In this document: positions 58,301 to 64,000 of the stretch, one piece after another
Layout of the letters: the number at the start of each line of letters is the position of its first letter
How positions within the stretch are numbered: the stretch's first letter is position 1
Assembly: GCA_964035545.1 (NCBI GenBank)
Contig: OZ037765.1
Coordinates: 33,727,504-33,791,503 of the forward strand
Origin: Bugula neritina
Taxonomy: Eukaryota > Animalia > Bryozoa
Length of the DNA: 64,000 nt
Reading direction: 5' to 3'
Position numbers and translations under genes: made by a program
Notes under the pieces: generated by a model
Told to the model about the DNA's origin: nothing
The model's input: the letters and a program-made list of their open reading frames with translations, nothing else
Database searches by the model: none

Positions 58301-61300
58301 CCACCACCTGACCATCATCCATACTCATCCTAACAGTATCCTGTGTAACACAAAGTATATAGTACAGAGCGTCTTTAGTGGGCTAATATTCCTATATACT
58401 GTCTTCATATACACACTGAGTTGCCATACACTATGCTTGCTTTCAAGCTTCACATTATGGGGATAGATTTTCCATTTGGTGTTTGGATATTGTTGCATTA
58501 AATGAGACCACAACCCCAATCACGAATCCATCAGTATCAACTTGCGATGTAATAGATGTAATGGGAACGACAAATCTAAATATTATCTTCTCTCAGTCCA
58601 TTAACATTTCTTTATAGTAAACATCTGGACACTTGCTAAATCTAATACACTGTAGAAATGTGTTCTTTGATGCGGAAAGATAAAAATGGTCATACCTAGC
58701 TTTTCTACTCCCATAAACAAGAATAATGTTCAGCTGTATATACGTGTAGGTGTAAAAAGACCTTCACACTAGTCACTAATCAGAACCTGATGGCGTGACA
58801 GTGTGACATGACGTACCTGGTCACACTAGTCGCTAATCAGAACCTGATGGCGTGACAGTGTGACATGACGTACCTGGTTCCAGCTAAACAATATCTTTAC
58901 TTGCAAGAACATGTCTAAGTCTGTGACTCGTCCATTGAGACCGTAGGAGCTGACGTAGACGTCTACAGTGTATGTTACATGTTACAGCATGGAACTGAGT
59001 CTACATAGTGTAACACACATACAGTGAATAAAATGTATTTGATAAATATTTAATAGTTGCGAACACCATTAGGAAATAATAAAAGATTAAGATTGATAAA
59101 TTAAACTGTTTTCCCAACATGGCTTAATATTGCATATACAGTATACTTTGCCAACTATTACACTCCACCCCCACTTACCAGATGAGTTGGAGTAGAAGTC
59201 CAGTGAAGCAGAACTGAATAAATCCTTCAAGTGAAGCTGAAAGATAGAGTAATTCACAGGATATAGCGTAGAGTAGTACAGCAACATAATATTCACATTG
59301 ATCGTATTCATATTGAGTATAGGACCCATTCAATCATATTCATATTGATAAATCTATCAAAATACATTTTCCCAACAAATATGTTAATAATTACGTAGTT
59401 TTTTAAAAGCAACAGCCTGCGCGTGGTAACCAGGCAATAGTGAGCTTAGAACACATAGTGTAATGTAACGACACAATACCACACTCACCGAGTTTTTATT
59501 CACGAGGATCTCAATGTTGGATGCAGCAAGGACAGTTAGGTAGGCCTCATCCGGGGGAATATGGCATGTTGCAAACCATTCAGAGTTGTCTCCCCTGTAG
59601 ACATGGAGGTTTCCTAGGAGAGCCACCATGAAGCGTTCATCAGAAGACAACTCCTAGAATGAGACATAAAGAGAGATAATATGTTACTGATGTGCATACG
59701 ACACTCAAAATATAAATATCAATCTTAATTATAATAACTTTCTTTGCTTCAAGAAAAATGTATTTATAGCAAAATGTTTTTTCCGCTTTACTATAATTTT
59801 CAATTCCTCTTAAAGGATTGCTCTATCTTGTCTAATAAATGGCCATTTAGGTCAAACACACATAATATTGTGTTTTTCTAAGCATGCATTGACAAAAAGC
59901 ATTTGACCAGAGGTAGAAAAAGTTAGTTGAAGTTGAAGGTGTAGATTGGTAACAGCCAAAACGCCGATTTTGAAATGAGCTGGGAAATGTGACGTAACAG
60001 CGCCAGCATTCCTGCTGGTCACGTGACTATACAAATGAATAACTATAGAAATATGACTGTGAGATGTGATCTTTCAGCTCGTAATTTGTATATTTATAGA
60101 AGTGCAAATGTGAATTATCTCAATCTATAGTTTTTTGACATATTAAATAACATGTATGTGATAACATTAGGCCATATTATGCTTGTAAACATTAAAAAAA
60201 AGCATTGCAAAAACATGCATTCTTCAGGATGAATGCCTGCGATCGATCTAAACTAGGTCAGATTGTGCAATATTACGGGCACACCAAAGCTGACCTATAT
60301 AGCGTGCTGTAACTGCTTGAGCGTTATTGGTTGATGTTGTGCTCAGCAACCTTGAATACTAGCGTTATAGTTAGCACGTGCAGCATAGTTACTGGCGTTC
60401 ACACGTCACATATTAGGCTATTCTTTTTCATGGCTGAAAATTTTACCTCCCTCAAAATTGGAATTTTGAAAAGCTGTTTTCTAGGCACATATCCCTTTGC
60501 AAAGTCACAATTGTTTGCATACACATTAGATTATAGTTCATAATTATAATGTGATTGTAATAAACTAAGATTGAGCAATCCTTTAAATGTAAAGGAAGGT
60601 GAAACAATCAAATAGATTCAATGTAGATCAAATGGAAAGTGAACTAAACTTCACAGAACAATGCTTACAAACTAAAAATTTCAGTGGGTAAAACCGGTCT
60701 ATTTATAACTAGAGGTGAATGTTCAACTGGCCAGCATAAAGCAGACAACTTCTCATTGTCACAACTTTCCTCCTCAATCAGTGAAGCAGCAACTTCTGAG
60801 TAAACTGAGGAGTTAGTGACATTCAACAGAGTTGTCTTCCCACTTGCCCTGACAGACTGAGTACTACTCACAAGTTGGCGTGGAGACAGCATCACCTCCG
60901 TGACGTAATCCTGCTCTTCCACGAACACGGGCAGCATAAACTTCACTGTCTTCATTATTTTAGTGATTTCATCGTCAGGAGACAGTCCGGGGCAAAATCT
61001 GGCAGCCAACACTTTGAACTCTTTCGCCATGCAGTCAGCCATTGGTCGTGCTATTCTATAATACAGTATATACTCTACATACAGTAGAACATGTTATACT
61101 ACAGTATATACTCTACATTCAGTAGAACATGTCATACTACAGTATATACTCTATATACTGTAGTATAACATGTCATACTACAGTATATACTCTACATACA
61201 GTAGAACATGTCATACTACAGTATATACTCTATATACTGTAGTATAACATGTTATACTACAGTATATAGAGTATATACTGTAGTATAACATGTTATACTA

Positions 61301-63617
61301 CAGTATATACTCTATATACTGTAGTATAACATGTTATACTACAGTATATACTCTATATACTGTAGTATAACATGTTATACTACAGTATATACTCTCAGTA
61401 TACTTTTTATGTTGAATTGTAAATACGTCATCCATGAATAGGAAATGCAGTCTTTTATAATTGTCAACAAGTAAAAATAAACTTACAGTGCTATTTACGC
61501 ACTTCAAGACTCAACAGCTTTCACAGAAACACACACTAAATTGATTTACACTTTTTATAAAAACCATGTGAAAAACCATTTTTGTCCATGTGAAACAAAG
61601 CAAACAAGTAACATCAACATCTGCTTTTATTACTAATTGAGTGAATACCAACTGAGTGAATACTAACTGAGTGAATACTAATGAGTGAATACTAACTGAG
61701 TGACTAGTAACTGAGTGAATACTGACTGAGTGAATACTAACTGAGTGAATACTAACTGAGTGACTAGTAACTGAGTGAATACTGACTGAGTGAATACTAA
61801 CCGAGTGACTAGTAACTGAGTGAATACTAACTGAGTGAATACTGACTGAGTGAATACTAACCGAGTGACTAGTAACTGAGTGAATACTAACTGAGTGAAT
61901 ACTGACTGAGTGAATACTAACTGAGTGAATACTGACTGAGTGAATACTAACTGAGTGAATACTATCTGAGTGAATACTAACTGAGTGAATACTGACTGAG
62001 TGAATATGTCAAACTCACGAATAGAATTTTTCCGGAATATCAGCCTCCAGAAGGTCCACAACGTCGAATGTTGAGAGGTCTATGTCGTCAAAAAATCTGT
62101 AGAGCTCTTTGTAGTAGAAATCATAGAGCCCTGTGATTACAAATGCTTCGGCACTGCACTGTAAGAGGAAGAGCAATTAGGAGGTTTGAGAGGCTAAAGG
62201 GAAGGATGAGCTTTAGGGGTGGGTGCTGCTATCTGCCTAGACGGCTGCAATATGCTGCCTAAACAACTATATTAGCAGAACTTGAAATAATTTGACAAAA
62301 CATAAAATAATGATGCAAACAAAAGTAGTAAATACTAATGAAAATGGCAATACTAGAAATAACTTATTGATAATTATTATTGATTATTAGAAATATCAGC
62401 AATTATAATTCTGAATGTTGAGCAAATTCCTACCAAGTACTGTCTTGCATTCATCAAGTAGGTGCAGTAATGGAGAAATTTAGAATAGCCTGTGTTTTAG
62501 ATTAGAAGTGTAGCAAAAAAGAGATCTTTCTTTGAAAATTTTAACCTGTGCCTCAAACCAAAGGTTAAAAACAAAGTTAAAGAATTTAGGCTGTCTCATT
62601 TTTTTCACTACTGCTCTTAGATGGCATTCATTGCTGTTATAAAGAAAACGTTTGTTTGGAGTTGTGCACCCAGCTAAGATAGTCTACCTTGGAGAAAACT
62701 CTGTAGAAAGAAAATCCAACAGATTGCGACTTTTTCTCAAAATCAACGAACTCAATGGCATCGGCTGACGGGTCTTTTAGTAGACAGTTGAATGACTCAG
62801 TGAATCCTTCAGAGTTGTCATTAAACCCTGCAGAATAGTTTACAGTAGTGTCTGTAGTTACTGTAGTGTCTGTAGTTACTGTAGTGTCCGTAGCTACTGT
62901 AGTTACTGTAGTGTCTGTAGTGTCTGTATTACTGTAGTGTCTGTATTACTGTAGTGTCTGTAGCTACTGTAGTGTCTGTATTTACTGTAGTGTCCGTAGC
63001 TACTGTAGTTACTGTAGTGTCTGTAGTGCCTGTAGTTACTGTAGTGTCTGTAGCTACTGTAGTTACAGTAGTGTCTGTAGTTACTGTAGTGTCTGTAGCT
63101 ACTGTAGTTACTGTAGTGTCTGTAGCTACTGTAGTTACTGTAGTGTCTGTAGTTACTGTAGTGTCTGTAGCTACTGTAGTTACTGTAGCTACTGTAGTTA
63201 CTGTAGTGTCTGTAGCTACTGTAGTTACTGTAGTGTCCGTAGTTACTGTAGTTACCACAAGTCTCAATGTGCACTATCATATATATTTGCCTAAAGCATT
63301 TTACACTCTTCATAGATGTGAAAATTTAAAATTAGTTGGTTTCAACCAGAATAATATACTAATTATTTACTCTAGAATAACACAGATCACAAGAAAACAC
63401 AACTTATTCCACATTGTTATTCTACATAAAATATACTTCAAGAAACAAATGAAATACTCTTTTACACTGTAAGGTAGAATCCTTAGGCTGGTCGCCACTG
63501 CAGTATCTCTCCTTCAGAGGTTTTATCACCAAGTCTATCAGATACTCGGCGTCTGCAAGCCTCCTGCAGTTGGTTTTCAACTCCTTTTCGTAACAGGCGG
63601 CCAAGTCCGACAGCACC
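52388..63617 (-). CDS. Predicted GPI-anchored cell-surface protein with two tandem RGM/hemojuvelin-like (Cys-containing helical + partial VWD) modules; 5' end beyond window
   Basis: About 20 phase-compatible exons read by eye (e.g. ~63617-63467, 62827-62688, 62158-62018, 61057-60872, 59654-59489, 59237-59177, 58953-58874, 58340-58252, 58093-57985, 57713-57610, 57432-57371, 57136-56999, 56404-56208, 55924-55776, 55168-55059, 54858-54749, 54568-54402, 54134-53936, ~53764-53535, 53116-52988, 52810-52697, 52555-52388). Contains WAVGDPHIKH...C...NTQFRSDSNATIITE, GLIVDGC, RRRKR, SCIYDC and a C-terminal NAA + hydrophobic tail (CFLRASLTLAALSLLTVTF*). Confidence 0.75.
56430..56992. repeat. 20-bp minisatellite filling an intron of the RGM-like gene
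   Basis: Unit TACAGTATAACTATAYACAG. Confidence 0.95.
57762..57972. repeat. 22-bp minisatellite in an intron
   Basis: Unit GTGACCTAGATAGCTGTATAAT, ~9 copies. Confidence 0.9.
58764..58877 (-). repeat. 57-bp direct duplication that copies a splice donor
   Basis: Two copies each ending ...GACGTACCTGG on +, i.e. CCAG|GTACGT on the coding strand. Confidence 0.85.
59814..60582. mobile_element. Non-autonomous DNA transposon with TTAA target duplication (Kolobok-like)
   Basis: TTAA|AGGATTGCTCTATCTT ... AAGATTGAGCAATCCT|TTAA: 16-bp TIR with one mismatch, AG...CT termini; no transposase ORF. Confidence 0.75.
61058..61402. repeat. ~39-42-bp partly palindromic minisatellite next to an acceptor
   Basis: Units ACATGTTATACTACAGTATATACTCTATATACTGTAGTATA contain their own reverse complement. 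Confidence 0.9.
61635..62006. repeat. 15-bp minisatellite (ACTGAGTGAATACTA)n next to a donor
   Basis: About 24 tandem units. Confidence 0.93.
62465..62613. mobile_element. Short MITE (~150 bp) with ~26-bp imperfect TIRs
   Basis: CAGTAATGGAGAAATTTAGAATAGCCT ... AGGCTGTCTCATTTTTTTCACTACTG; second copy at 44046. Confidence 0.65.
62835..63256. repeat. 9-bp-based satellite (CTGTAGTTA/CTGTAGTGT/CTGTAGCTA) next to an acceptor
   Basis: Tandem variant nonamers. Confidence 0.93.
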
Positions 63618-63759
63618 CTGTGCGATTACAAACAACATGGCTGTTGTGTGAGTCACAAAATCACTGCAGACGATCATTAGACTGACAAACTCAATGAGAT
63701 AAGCTGTTAGATAGGTAATGTATGCGTTACATGACTCAGAGCTGTGAACAGGACTAACT

Positions 63760-64000
63760 GTGACACTATGACACATATAACACTGATATACTTACATTAT
63801 GACACATATAACTCTGATATACTTACACTATGACACATATAACTCTGATATACTTACACTATGACACATATAACTCTGATATACTTACACTATGACATAT
63901 AACTCTGATATACTTACACTATGACACATATAACTCTGATATACTTACACTATGACACATATAACTCTGATATACTTACACTATGACACATATAACTCTG
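63760..64000. repeat. 31-bp minisatellite running off the window end
   Basis: Unit TGACACATATAACTCTGATATACTTACACTA; each unit reads GTAAGT on the minus (coding) strand. Confidence 0.93.

Overview
Eukaryotic (invertebrate-like, AT-rich) genomic DNA with GT-AG introns; not prokaryotic. It holds three full-length ABCB1/P-glycoprotein (MDR) paralogues: A on + (105-13948, start upstream of the window), B on - (26906-15042) and C on + (31775-51512). A and B are tail-to-tail, B and C head-to-head. A fourth, 5'-truncated gene on - (63617-52388) splices into a predicted GPI-anchored protein with two tandem RGM/hemojuvelin-like modules: the distal one has GDPH changed to GNLH, the proximal one keeps GDPH and has a furin-type site. 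Main observations: (1) the paralogues are mosaics, with NBD and coupling-helix exons plus some introns nearly identical while TM helices diverge; (2) a 53-nt Walker-A block is identical between NBD1 and NBD2 in all six copies; (3) all three share an extracellular CxxC...C (ECL1) plus C (ECL4) set; (4) two exact intron presence/absence differences; (5) many introns carry their own minisatellite, several of which copy the exon end plus splice donor dozens of times. The long low-complexity ORFs in the track are artefacts of these repeats. Exon boundaries were read by eye and may be off by a few bases.
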